From: Candidatus Latescibacterota bacterium
Lineage (GTDB): Bacteria; Latescibacterota; UBA2968; SICM01
Assembly: GCA_965217865.1 (NCBI GenBank)
Contig: CBDCJO010000002.1
Location: 3,872,001-3,936,000, forward strand
Length of the DNA stretch: 64,000 nt
Reading direction: 5' to 3'
Position numbers and translations under genes: made by a program. Each line of letters opens with the position of its first letter. Within the stretch, counting starts at the first letter, position 1. Below, in pieces: positions 1 to 9,107 of the stretch. The notes beneath the pieces were generated by a model, which was not told the origin of the DNA, did not search any database, and saw only the letters and a program-made list of their open reading frames with translations.

Positions 1-2847
1 GAAGGGGTGGTAGGAGGCCGTTTTGGTCCTGCAGACGCTTTCTATTTTCAGGGGTTGTGCGCTGCAAACTTGTGGTTTGCCCTTTGCGGGGATGTTCTTC
101 CGAAATTGGGAGCCGCCACTCACTATGCGAGGCGATTGGAGGCGGACGCTGTCGGGAAGGCGGGGGATTTTGCACAGCAGGCCAAACGACTGATGGTCAC
201 GCTTTCCCGGGCTGTCTTCGGAGATTCCTACCTGAGCGCGATCCTCGACGTTTCTCACGAGACGTTTCGAGATCGCCTCGCATCCTTTTACGGGGTGACG
301 GGAAGGGGTCGGAGGATCCGACGATTTGCGGGTTATCGACTTTCGACGATCGACGACTGTATCGACGGGGAACCGGGCAGGTCCCTGGAAGAATCGAGAT
401 ACCGGGCATCGGCCAACCGGTTCCCCGGGTTGTTGAAAGACAGGATCGACGCTGCCCGCGGGTTGGCTTCCGCTTACTGTATGATTGCGGGGAGTTTCAC
501 CGAGCCGGAGTCCGAGACCGGGATGCGGGATATCGCGGAGCGTCTGGTGACTTCGTCCGAGGGAGATGCGGAGCAGCTCAGAAAAGGAAGGCGAGCGCAG
601 GTTTTGAAACGCGGCATTCTGGATTACGCCCTCGATTCCTCCCCTCTGATGGGTGGACCTGATCACCCGGATGATTCAACACATGAACTTCCTGTGGATC
701 TGGGTATTCTGCTGGACAACCAAAAACTGATCGAACACGTCGCCGAACAGGTGGTCGCGGGTCTCAGGAATTCCCTCACGGGTGATGGTTTGGGAATGGA
801 GGGTTCTCCTTTCCACACGATCTCCTCCTTGAGTTGTCTGTACTCCGCAGCCCGCCTGCAAGGCCTTTCGGGAAATTTTAAACGAGGGGCTTTCTATGTC
901 GAAGATGAGACCGGAAACCTTGATCTTTTTGGCCCTCCATTGATCCGGGACACATTATCGAAATTTCTCCGATGTGCCTTTCCAGACGGGCGGTTGATCC
1001 CGTGGGGGGAAACGCCGATCGGGACTGAAGTGCCGGTCTCCTTTTTTGAATTGATCGATCGTTACGACGGGCATCTCCCTGCGGCTTGCTCCGAACGATT
1101 CAGGGTTGGGGCAAATGGACAACTGGAGCTTATCAGGCCCCTGACGACTCCTACATGCCTGCTTCACGAGGCGCGGAAGGCCCTTCTCCGGAGCGGGGAA
1201 GGCGAAGCGCATCGGTTGGTTTCTCTCGATTACCTGGGCGGCGGCGGGGGCAACCACCCTGTCCTTAACCTGACGGTATACGCCAAAGGCCACGAACTGG
1301 TCACGGATCCAGGGTCCCCGGGATCCGCCGGATCTATGAACCGGGATTGGATGGGGACTCCCCCGGCGCATAATACCCTGGTGCTCAGGCGAGAGACCGG
1401 AGAGGGGGTTTCGGATCGGTTGAAGGGAGATCTTCTAGGGTTTTTCAAGGACTTGCCCGGGATCAAAGCGGCGGATGTCGCCGTGCTCGATCCCGTGGAA
1501 TTGGATGACGCAGCAGGTGAAGGGGGATCTTACGGGCGCACCGTGGCCATGGTCGGGGTGGACGAAAAAGAGAGTTATATTCTGGACATCTTCCGCGCGA
1601 GAGGCGGCGGGGTCCAGGATCTCTTTTTTCACGGGGGTGGACGGAGCTTCGAGGTCAAGGGAGTGGATTTGATTCCACACGCGGATCCGAACGAAGACCT
1701 TTATACCTACAGCGGATTCTCTTTTGCTTGCAGCGACGTGTGGGGGGAGAAGAACGTGAAGAACCTGCAGGTGGGGGCCCCGTCGGGACCGTGGACCGCC
1801 ACCTGGGGGGTGGTTCCCGAATGGTCCTCGCGCCTGGACCCTCCGGAGGTGGACTCGCAGGTATTCCTGAAGTGGCACTTTATGGACCAGGGGGGATCGG
1901 AGATGATTGCGGGGGACGCGCCCGGACAACGATGGGAGGATAACCGCGACGTGGGCGAGCGGATGAGGCTGGTCTGCGTGCGGCGGGTGAAGACGGATGT
2001 CCTTCAAAACTACGTCTCTGTGATCGAGCCATACCGAAAGAGGCCATTTATCCGTCGGGTGGAGCGCCTCCGGGTTCAACCCGAACAGGACTCGGCTGTC
2101 GCCCTGAAGGTGGTGTTGCCGGACAGGACGGACTACATCCTGAGTGTTCGACAGGAGGAGGAACCGGTTACGTTCCGGGTGGAGGAGGGGGGACACCAGA
2201 TCTCCTCCGACGGTGAACTGGCCGTGGCCTCCTTCGGGCCCGAAAGGCTGGAATCTCTTATTGTCATCGCCGGAACCCACGCGGAATCGGATGGGATCTC
2301 CGTGCTCCCCACACGAACGCGAAAAGGGAAATTGATCGATTTCGATGATGTTGAGAAGACCCTCGTTGTCAAAACCGGGGATCCTCTCCCCACGGACGGA
2401 AGCCTCCGAGGAGAGGTGATCCAGGTGGTGCACCAGGCGTCCCGCTCGAGTTTCACGATTGACGGTCTTCGACTCGCCGGGGAAGATCGGTATGAAATCG
2501 CTCTGGCAGATTCTCCCCATCTCGTAGTCAATTATCTTCGCGTGATCGAAGTAGAACCGGATGGCGTTTGGGTGGAGACCCCACCCGTACTGCCAAACCA
2601 GGCGAAGGACCTGCTGATCTACAAGGTGCTCCGGGATGGCTCGTTGAGCTACCTGGACCACTGGAGGGGGGCCGTGTCGGAAGATGTGCACGATGAGTGG
2701 GGATGCTTCGTTCGGAAGAGGCACCGGATCGACTTAAAAGTCGCCGAATCCGTTACCCCCGGGGATCAGATCGGACTGTCATTGTTGGATCCGGGACGAG
2801 ATCGATTCACCCTGACCGGTTCGGGGTTTTGGAAAATTGAAGATTGA
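1..2847 (+). CDS. Heparinase II/III-like (polysaccharide-lyase fold) protein, 5'-truncated by the window edge
   Basis: Frame open from base 1. Family-type segments DGLGMEGSP, LNLTVYAKGHELVTDPG, AHNTLV, YGRTVAMV, YILDIFRARGG. Confidence 0.65.
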   Translation, partial: EGVVGGRFGPADAFYFQGLCAANLWFALCGDVLPKLGAATHYARRLEADAVGKAGDFAQQAKRLMVTLSRAVFGDSYLSAILDVSHETFRDRLASFYGVTGRGRRIRRFAGYRLSTIDDCIDGEPGRSLEESRYRASANRFPGLLKDRIDAARGLASAYCMIAGSFTEPESETGMRDIAERLVTSSEGDAEQLRKGRRAQVLKRGILDYALDSSPLMGGPDHPDDSTHELPVDLGILLDNQKLIEHVAEQVVAGLRNSLTGDGLGMEGSPFHTISSLSCLYSAARLQGLSGNFKRGAFYVEDETGNLDLFGPPLIRDTLSKFLRCAFPDGRLIPWGETPIGTEVPVSFFELIDRYDGHLPAACSERFRVGANGQLELIRPLTTPTCLLHEARKALLRSGEGEAHRLVSLDYLGGGGGNHPVLNLTVYAKGHELVTDPGSPGSAGSMNRDWMGTPPAHNTLVLRRETGEGVSDRLKGDLLGFFKDLPGIKAADVAVLDPVELDDAAGEGGSYGRTVAMVGVDEKESYILDIFRARGGGVQDLFFHGGGRSFEVKGVDLIPHADPNEDLYTYSGFSFACSDVWGEKNVKNLQVGAPSGPWTATWGVVPEWSSRLDPPEVDSQVFLKWHFMDQGGSEMIAGDAPGQRWEDNRDVGERMRLVCVRRVKTDVLQNYVSVIEPYRKRPFIRRVERLRVQPEQDSAVALKVVLPDRTDYILSVRQEEEPVTFRVEEGGHQISSDGELAVASFGPERLESLIVIAGTHAESDGISVLPTRTRKGKLIDFDDVEKTLVVKTGDPLPTDGSLRGEVIQVVHQASRSSFTIDGLRLAGEDRYEIALADSPHLVVNYLRVIEVEPDGVWVETPPVLPNQAKDLLIYKVLRDGSLSYLDHWRGAVSEDVHDEWGCFVRKRHRIDLKVAESVTPGDQIGLSLLDPGRDRFTLTGSGFWKIED

Positions 2848-2901
2848 AGATCGGAGAAACGCTAGACTTCGTCTAATTTTTATAATTGAGGAGACAGGAG
2901 G

Positions 2902-3003
2902 ATCGACTGCGGTGGTCCGCGCCGACCCCTGTTGCCTCTGGACAAAAAGGCCGAGGCTTCTCTCAAAAAGGAACTGGAGGAGATCGGATTTTTTAACTGG
3001 TAG
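2902..3003 (+). pseudogene. C-terminal remnant of a NanA/DapA (N-acetylneuraminate lyase/DHDPS)-family gene
   Basis: Translates IDCGGPRRPLLPLDKKAEASLKKELEEIGFFNW*, matching the family tail GxDCGxxRxPLxxL...L...IGFF.W. No start codon; an SD-like GAGGAG..AGGAGG lies directly upstream. Confidence 0.65.
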
Positions 3004-3073
3004 ACGCAGGACCATACGCTTAGAGGTGGGAGCAAGGAAAATCCTGAGTTTGTCCGAAGGCTTAATAAACTGA

Positions 3074-4141
3074 ATGTCGTGGGATCAAGTCGATAACCTC
3101 ATCCGAAAGGCGATCGAGGACAGGGCTTTTCCGGGCGCTGTCTACCTCGTGGCCGACCGCGACGGGGTCCTGGTGGAGCGGGGTTTTGGCCGGCAGACCT
3201 ATGACCTCCAGGCGTCCCCCATTCGGTCCGATGCGCTGTACGATCTTGCATCCCTGACGAAGGTGATTGTCACGACGACCCTGGCGATGATCGCGTATGA
3301 TCGGAGTCTGTTTGTCCTGGATGATCCGGTCGTCCGGTACGTGCCGGAATTCGCAGGGGGAGGACGTGAACAGATCACCGTCCGTCATCTCCTCACCCAC
3401 AGCAGCGGTCTTCGGTATTGGACCCCGCTGTACGAAACCTGCCGGTCGAAGGACGAGGTCCTCAGGGCCATATGTCGCATCGAGCCGGAGCCCCCGGCAG
3501 GAAAGGGGGTGGTCTACAGCGATCTGGGGATCATCCTGCTCGGGGCTATTCTGGAGCGTCTCTGGAGCCTCGGCATAGACTTGATTGCACGAAGGGAGGT
3601 ACTGGACCCTCTGGGGATGATGGATACGTTGTATTGCCCGCCGGCGCTTCTCCGCGGCCGCATCCCCCCCACTGAGGTCCGAACCGCTTGGAAGCCCGGG
3701 CTTGTTCACGGGGAAGTCCACGACGAGAATGCGGCCGCGATGGGCGGGGCCGCCCCCCACGCAGGCCTTTTTGGGACCGCCCGGGACATGGGGACGTTCG
3801 GGTGCATGATTTTGAACGGGGGTGTCCACGAAGGCCGTCGTTTGATCGCGGAGAAGACCGTAGGTATTTTCTCCCGCCGGGCTGACCTGGTTCCGGGGAG
3901 CAGCCGTGCCCTGGGTTGGGATACGCGTCAAAACCCCGGCTCGTCCGCCGGGGTTCGTTTTTCTTCCAGGTCATTCGGCCACACCGGATTCACGGGGACC
4001 ACCCTATGGGTCGATCCAGATCGTTCTATCATCGCCGTACTTTTGACGAACCGTGTTCATCCGACTCGGGAAAACAGGAAGATTCTCGAGGTACGACCTG
4101 CTTTCCACGATGCCGTCGCCGACGCAGTGGATCAAAGATAG
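3074..4141 (+). CDS. Serine hydrolase, beta-lactamase class C/AmiE-like amidase/esterase
   Basis: SxxK (ASLTK), YSD, HGEVHDENA, GHTGFTGT, LLTNRVHP motifs. Confidence 0.88.
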   Translation: MSWDQVDNLIRKAIEDRAFPGAVYLVADRDGVLVERGFGRQTYDLQASPIRSDALYDLASLTKVIVTTTLAMIAYDRSLFVLDDPVVRYVPEFAGGGREQITVRHLLTHSSGLRYWTPLYETCRSKDEVLRAICRIEPEPPAGKGVVYSDLGIILLGAILERLWSLGIDLIARREVLDPLGMMDTLYCPPALLRGRIPPTEVRTAWKPGLVHGEVHDENAAAMGGAAPHAGLFGTARDMGTFGCMILNGGVHEGRRLIAEKTVGIFSRRADLVPGSSRALGWDTRQNPGSSAGVRFSSRSFGHTGFTGTTLWVDPDRSIIAVLLTNRVHPTRENRKILEVRPAFHDAVADAVDQR

Positions 4142-4192
4142 TTCCACGTTCCAGGTCCCAGGAACTGTTGGGGTGAAAAGGGATGGTGTTTT

Positions 4193-5341
4193 ATGATCAA
4201 GTCCAGGTTGGTAGCCCCGGGTCCTACCCCGATTCCCGAACGGGTCCAGCAGGCCATGGCCCGGCCGATCGTTTATCACCGAGGGGAAGAGATCACCCCC
4301 CTGCTTCACGATATAAACGATGGGCTCAGGGGTGTTTTCCCTTCATGCGGGGATATCCTGCTGTTCGCGGCATCCGGCACGGGTGTGATGGAGGCCGCTG
4401 TAGTCAACCTGGTAAACCCCGGGGACCGGGTCCTTGTGATTCACGCGGGGAGGTTCGGCGAGCGATGGGTCGAGGTCTGCAGGGCATTCGGGATTGATGC
4501 GGTTTCACTCGATCTTGCGTGGGGAGAGTCAATCGATCCAGACCAGGTTGCGGATCGACTCGAAACCGACCCGTCGATCCGTGCGGTCTTCGCCACTCAG
4601 AGTGAGACCTCAACGGGGGGGTGGCACGACCTGGAGGGAATCGGGAAGGTCGTTAAGGATTTTCAAGCGTTGTTCATTGCGGACGCGATATCCAGCATAG
4701 GGGCGCATTCTCTTCCCACAGAGGCGTGGAGTGTCGATTGTGTGGTGACGGCCTCGCAGAAGGGATTGATGACCCCGCCGGGCGTGGGGATCGTGAACCT
4801 TGGACGTCGCGCCTGGGAGGCCGTCGAGCGCTCATCCACCCCCAAGTATTACTGGAGTTTTGTCCGGATGAAAGGGGCGCTTGAAAAGCGGGGCAGCACC
4901 CCGGCGACCCCGGCGACCACCCTGTTGATGGGCCTTCGTGAAGCCCTGAATATGATTCACGAAGAGGGTGTTGAAAATGTCTGGAGGCGGCACGCCAGGC
5001 ACGCCGCGGCGATCCGGGCAGGCGTCGTTGCTGTGGGCCTCAAAGTCTTCCCGGAAAACCCTTCCAACGCCCTCACCGGGGTCCTCCTGCCGGATGGGAT
5101 GGATGGGGTGGCCCTGGCAAAGCAGATGAAATCCCGTTACGGGATCGTGGTCGGGGGGGGGTTGGGCAACCTGGCCGGAAAGCTGATCCGGCTGTCCAAC
5201 CTGGGTTATATGGACGACTTGGATGTGGTTTCGACGATTTCGGCGCTTGAGATGTCCTTGAGGGATGTTGGCTGGCACCAGGAAGGCGGGCTTGGTGTGG
5301 CGGCGGCTCAGGGGGTCTTGTGCGGTTCCGACCTTTGTTGA
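4193..5341 (+). CDS. Class V PLP aminotransferase (alanine-glyoxylate/serine-pyruvate/phosphoserine type)
   Basis: PGPTPIP, SGTGVMEAA, SETSTG, DAISS, ASQKG (PLP lysine). Confidence 0.92.
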   Translation: MIKSRLVAPGPTPIPERVQQAMARPIVYHRGEEITPLLHDINDGLRGVFPSCGDILLFAASGTGVMEAAVVNLVNPGDRVLVIHAGRFGERWVEVCRAFGIDAVSLDLAWGESIDPDQVADRLETDPSIRAVFATQSETSTGGWHDLEGIGKVVKDFQALFIADAISSIGAHSLPTEAWSVDCVVTASQKGLMTPPGVGIVNLGRRAWEAVERSSTPKYYWSFVRMKGALEKRGSTPATPATTLLMGLREALNMIHEEGVENVWRRHARHAAAIRAGVVAVGLKVFPENPSNALTGVLLPDGMDGVALAKQMKSRYGIVVGGGLGNLAGKLIRLSNLGYMDDLDVVSTISALEMSLRDVGWHQEGGLGVAAAQGVLCGSDLC

Positions 5342-5444
5342 ATTCGCCAGAAGGAATCGTCAGTCGATCCATAGCAAGCAGCGCCCTTGATGGGAGGAAA
5401 GAATTGACTTGATTTGGGGAGGCGGATTGGTTTACATTAATCAA

Positions 5445-5477
5445 CGGCAGGGCGAAATTCGGCCCTGCCGAATTTTT
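5445..5477 (+). terminator. GC-rich hairpin plus T-tract upstream of purA (terminator or leader attenuator)
   Basis: CGGCAGGGC-gaaattcg-GCCCTGCCG-aaTTTTT. Confidence 0.55.
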
Positions 5478-5529
5478 GTGCGAGCGCAGGTAGCCGATTC
5501 ACCCCGAATGTGTAAAAGGAACCCTTCTT

Positions 5530-6825
5530 ATGTCCGTGCGTATCGTGTTGGGAACACAATGGGGGGATGAGGGTAAGGCCAAGGTGGTCGATTACCTGAC
5601 CAAAGAAGCCGACATCGTCGTCCGTTTTCAGGGGGGCGCCAACGCCGGCCACACGGTGGTCGTGAACGGCGAACAGTTCATCTTCCATCTCCTTCCCGCG
5701 GGTATTATACACCCGGATAAAATATGTGTGATCGGAAACGGGGTGGTGATCGACCCGGAGGCCATGCTCTCGGAGATTAAAGAACTCGAGGATCGGGGAA
5801 TTTCGATCGAAGGTCGTCTTTTTATCAGCCAGAACGCCCATCTTGTCATGCCGTATCACAAGGTCCTTGAGCAGATGGAGGAGGCGATCCGAGCGGAAGA
5901 TTCCGAAGGTGCCGGTCGCATCGGGACCACGGGAAGAGGGATCGGTCCGTGTTACAGGGATAAGGTTAACCGGACCACGGGGATCCGGATCGTGGACCTG
6001 CTTGACCGGGATACCCTACGGGAAAAGCTCCGTTTCAACATAAGGGAAAAGAATGAAATTTTGAAGAAGGTTTACGATCACGAGGAGATCGACGAGGAGA
6101 GGATCATCTCAGATTATCTTGATTTCGACAAACGGATCGACCCCTATGTCAAGGATGTTTCGGTCTTCCTGAACGAAGCGATCGATTCAGGAAAGCGGAT
6201 TCTATTCGAAGGGGCGCAGGGGACGCTCCTGGATGTGGACCACGGGACGTATCCTTTTGTAACTTCATCCAATACGGTTGCGGGTATGGCCTGTACCGGG
6301 ACCGGGGTGGGCCCAACCCGGATAGACACCGTGATCGGCGTGACCAAGGCCTACACAACTCGTGTCGGCTACGGCCCGTTTCCCACCGAACTGACCGATA
6401 GCGTGGGGGATCGAATCCGCGAGGTCGGTCAGGAGTTCGGAGCCACGACCGGTCGTCCCCGTCGGTGCGGGTGGTTTGACGCGGTCATCGTCCGTTTTTC
6501 CGCGCGGGTGAACGGTTTGAGCAGCCTGGCCGTCAGCCGATTGGACGTCCTGGACAGCATGGAACATCTGAAGATCTGTACGGCCTACCGGTGCGGTGGG
6601 AAGGTCCTTCAACATTTTCCAAACGATGTTCGTATTCTGGAGCAGTGTGAACCCATCTATGAATCTTTCGAAGGCTGGTGCGCTTCCACGAATAAGGTTC
6701 GGAAGTTTAAGGATCTTCCTGAAAAGGCCAGGATTTACCTCAATCGTATCAGAGAACTGACAAAGACCCCGATTTCATTGATTTCCGTCGGACCGGATCG
6801 GGAGGAGACTATATTCGTAGAGTAA
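5530..6825 (+). CDS. purA: Adenylosuccinate synthetase
   Basis: QWGDEGKAK, GGANAGHT, FEGAQG, GATTGRPRRCGWFD. Confidence 0.99.
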   Translation: MSVRIVLGTQWGDEGKAKVVDYLTKEADIVVRFQGGANAGHTVVVNGEQFIFHLLPAGIIHPDKICVIGNGVVIDPEAMLSEIKELEDRGISIEGRLFISQNAHLVMPYHKVLEQMEEAIRAEDSEGAGRIGTTGRGIGPCYRDKVNRTTGIRIVDLLDRDTLREKLRFNIREKNEILKKVYDHEEIDEERIISDYLDFDKRIDPYVKDVSVFLNEAIDSGKRILFEGAQGTLLDVDHGTYPFVTSSNTVAGMACTGTGVGPTRIDTVIGVTKAYTTRVGYGPFPTELTDSVGDRIREVGQEFGATTGRPRRCGWFDAVIVRFSARVNGLSSLAVSRLDVLDSMEHLKICTAYRCGGKVLQHFPNDVRILEQCEPIYESFEGWCASTNKVRKFKDLPEKARIYLNRIRELTKTPISLISVGPDREETIFVE

Positions 6826-6951
6826 TGATCCGATGGGGCATCGCAGTCCCACCGCGGTGCTAAAGAAAACGACATCATATTATTTTTAAATAATTTAAGA
6901 TGATTTATCGTGACCGTGACCCGGTTTTTATTGAGTAGACACAAAAATACC

Positions 6952-6982
6952 TTGACGTTTACGTTAAAGTAATATATATTGT
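6952..6982 (+). promoter_or_regulatory. Sigma70 promoter with a MerR-type dyad operator in the spacer
   Basis: TTGACG (6952-6957); dyad TTACgTTAAaGTAA (6959-6972, 12/14 palindromic); -10 TATATT at 17 bp or TATTGT at 19 bp; directly upstream of a MerR gene. Confidence 0.7.
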
Positions 6983-7031
6983 TAATAACACGCTCCAATT
7001 GACCATAAGGGTGCTTTTCCCAGGGTGAAAC

Positions 7032-7505
7032 ATGAAAACCGTTCAACTGATGAATATCGGGGATGCTGCCAAAAAGGCTGGTGTCAGTCAGAGATGTCTA
7101 CGGTATTATGAAGAATTGGGTATCCTGGCACCGCAAGATAGAACTTCGGGGGGTTACCGTCTCTATTCAGAAAACCAACTTAACAAACTCCAAATGATCG
7201 ACGGCCTGAAGTCTCTGGGATTTCCTCTGGCACAAATCCGAAATATTCTGACGGTCAACGAAGGGGCCCCCATCGGGTCTGAAAAGGCCTCTCGGGTCCT
7301 GCAGCTCCTCAATCAGCAACTTGCGCAGATTGAGGATAAGATCGCACTTTATCATCTTCTGAAGGGATCACTGGTCTCGGCAATTGAAATCATGAAAATG
7401 AATTGTTTGAAATGTAACAAAAATATGCTCACCGAGAGGTGTCAGGATTGTGACGTCATCACGGGATGTAAAGAGTTGCCTCTCCCGATGTCCCTTCTGA
7501 CCTGA
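7032..7505 (+). CDS. MerR-family transcriptional regulator with Cys-rich C-terminus
   Basis: MNIGDAAKKAGVSQRCLRYYEELG..RTSGGYRLY HTH; C-terminal CLKC..CQDC..C. Confidence 0.93.
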   Translation: MKTVQLMNIGDAAKKAGVSQRCLRYYEELGILAPQDRTSGGYRLYSENQLNKLQMIDGLKSLGFPLAQIRNILTVNEGAPIGSEKASRVLQLLNQQLAQIEDKIALYHLLKGSLVSAIEIMKMNCLKCNKNMLTERCQDCDVITGCKELPLPMSLLT

Positions 7506-7564
7506 ACAACCGAGCTTCAATTTTATCCTTATCACCTTTGAAATCCGGATGGGGGTGTTCGACC

Positions 7565-8410
7565 GTGAAAATTAAATTCGGGGATTCAAAAAACGTCAAC
7601 AACGATCTGTCGGTTAGAGGTTATCTGCGCGATATTCGGAAGCATAAGCCCCTGAGCCGGAAAGAGGAAGGTTTGTTGCTCAGGCGGGTGAAGGCAGGTG
7701 ACCGGAGGGCTACAGAGAAGTTGATCTCCGCCAATCTCCTATTTGTTGTCAGCGTTGCGAACCAGTATGTGAACAGGGGACTACCCCTTTCCGACCTGAT
7801 TGCCGAAGGCAACATGGGCTTGCTCAACGCGGTTGGGAAATTTGACGAAACACGTAACCACAAATTCATCAGTTACGCGGTCTGGTGGATCAGACAGGGC
7901 ATCCTCAAATCCCTGGCCGAGCAGACCAATATCGTTCGCTTCCCGATCAACCAGATTGAGGATATTGAGGGGATCAATCGGGCGTCAGAAGCGCTCTCCC
8001 AGGAACTGGGAAGGTCTCCAACCTTTTCCGAAGTAGCCGAGAGCGTCAGCATGAGCCGAAAACGTGCTGAGCGAGCGTTCGTGGCTTCCCAATCCGATGT
8101 CTCCCTGGACGGTACGATCGACCCCGACGAAGAGGTCTCGCTCTATAACCTGATTCCCACAGGCGGTCCTTCCGCCGATGAGGAGGTCACCGCCAAGAGC
8201 CTCAAGGATGCCGTTTTCGACTCTATGACCTCCTTGACCTCCAGGGAAGCAAAGATTGTAAAACTCTACTTTGGGTTGGAAGGGGATCCCGTGACCCTCG
8301 AAAAGATCGGGTCGGAGATGGGGATGACCCGGGAGCGTGCCCGTCAGATTCGAAACGAAGCCATCGGAAAGCTGCGCCGGAGCCTCCGGATAAAAGGCCT
8401 GGCCGCTTAA
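7565..8410 (+). CDS. RpoD/SigA-family sigma70 factor (short; regions 1.2, 2, 3, 4)
   Basis: YLRDI..LSRKEE, DLIAEGNMGLLNAVGKFD, KFISYAVWWIRQ, TLEKIG..TRERARQI. GTG 7565 preferred; ORF opens at 7538. Confidence 0.93.
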   Translation: MKIKFGDSKNVNNDLSVRGYLRDIRKHKPLSRKEEGLLLRRVKAGDRRATEKLISANLLFVVSVANQYVNRGLPLSDLIAEGNMGLLNAVGKFDETRNHKFISYAVWWIRQGILKSLAEQTNIVRFPINQIEDIEGINRASEALSQELGRSPTFSEVAESVSMSRKRAERAFVASQSDVSLDGTIDPDEEVSLYNLIPTGGPSADEEVTAKSLKDAVFDSMTSLTSREAKIVKLYFGLEGDPVTLEKIGSEMGMTRERARQIRNEAIGKLRRSLRIKGLAA

Positions 8411-8507
8411 GCCCGCCACCCCCATAATTTCGATGGCCTTTTTTCGTTTAATATTTATATTTGTGGACGCAACCGCATAGTCGCGAAAAGCCGGCAGGGG
8501 GATTTGG

Positions 8508-9083
8508 GTGGAGAGATTGACTAGGGAGCAGGTGGTTTTCAAAGTTAAAAGCCACGAGAGCCTGGATGAATCCGACCTGACGAGGGTTGATCTGACGGGC
8601 GCCGACTTGGGGGGGGGGAACTTCGCTCGGACTCGGTTCGTTGAGGCCGTCCTGAAGGACGCCAACTTTTCGAAGGCGCATCTGCAAACGGCGGACCTTT
8701 CCCGGGCAGACCTTCGGAACGTAAATTTTCGGGAGGCTTATCTCGTCGGTGCAAACCTGGATCGAGCAAATCTCGAAGGAGCCGATCTGAGAGGGGCTTT
8801 TCTTTCCGGAGCCTATCTTGGAGGGGCCAGCTTTAAACGCGCAGATCTCCGCAACGCGCACCTTGGGGTCGTAAAGTTCGGGTTTCCCAATCCCCTTGAA
8901 CATGCCTGCTCCTTTGCCGAGGCCAACCTAGAGGGGGCCCTGTTTGGAGCGACGGACCTAAGGGGCGTGGACCTCCGTGGTGCGAACCTCAGAGGCGCTT
9001 TCCTATACGAAGCGATGCTCCGCGGGGCCATCTGTGACCCAGACACCTTCAAGACCGCCACAACCCGGGCGGAGGCCTATTAA
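8508..9083 (+). CDS. Pentapeptide-repeat protein
   Basis: Tandem A(D/N)LxG repeats throughout. Confidence 0.92.
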   Translation: MERLTREQVVFKVKSHESLDESDLTRVDLTGADLGGGNFARTRFVEAVLKDANFSKAHLQTADLSRADLRNVNFREAYLVGANLDRANLEGADLRGAFLSGAYLGGASFKRADLRNAHLGVVKFGFPNPLEHACSFAEANLEGALFGATDLRGVDLRGANLRGAFLYEAMLRGAICDPDTFKTATTRAEAY

Positions 9084-9107
9084 CGGCTGAATCCCGTTTG
9101 CAGTCTT

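Noticed and set aside
1435-2724. Long antisense ORFs (also 27156-28442, 32752-33873, 59592-60542)
   Set aside because: Shadows of well-supported genes on the opposite strand in GC-rich DNA; no motifs.
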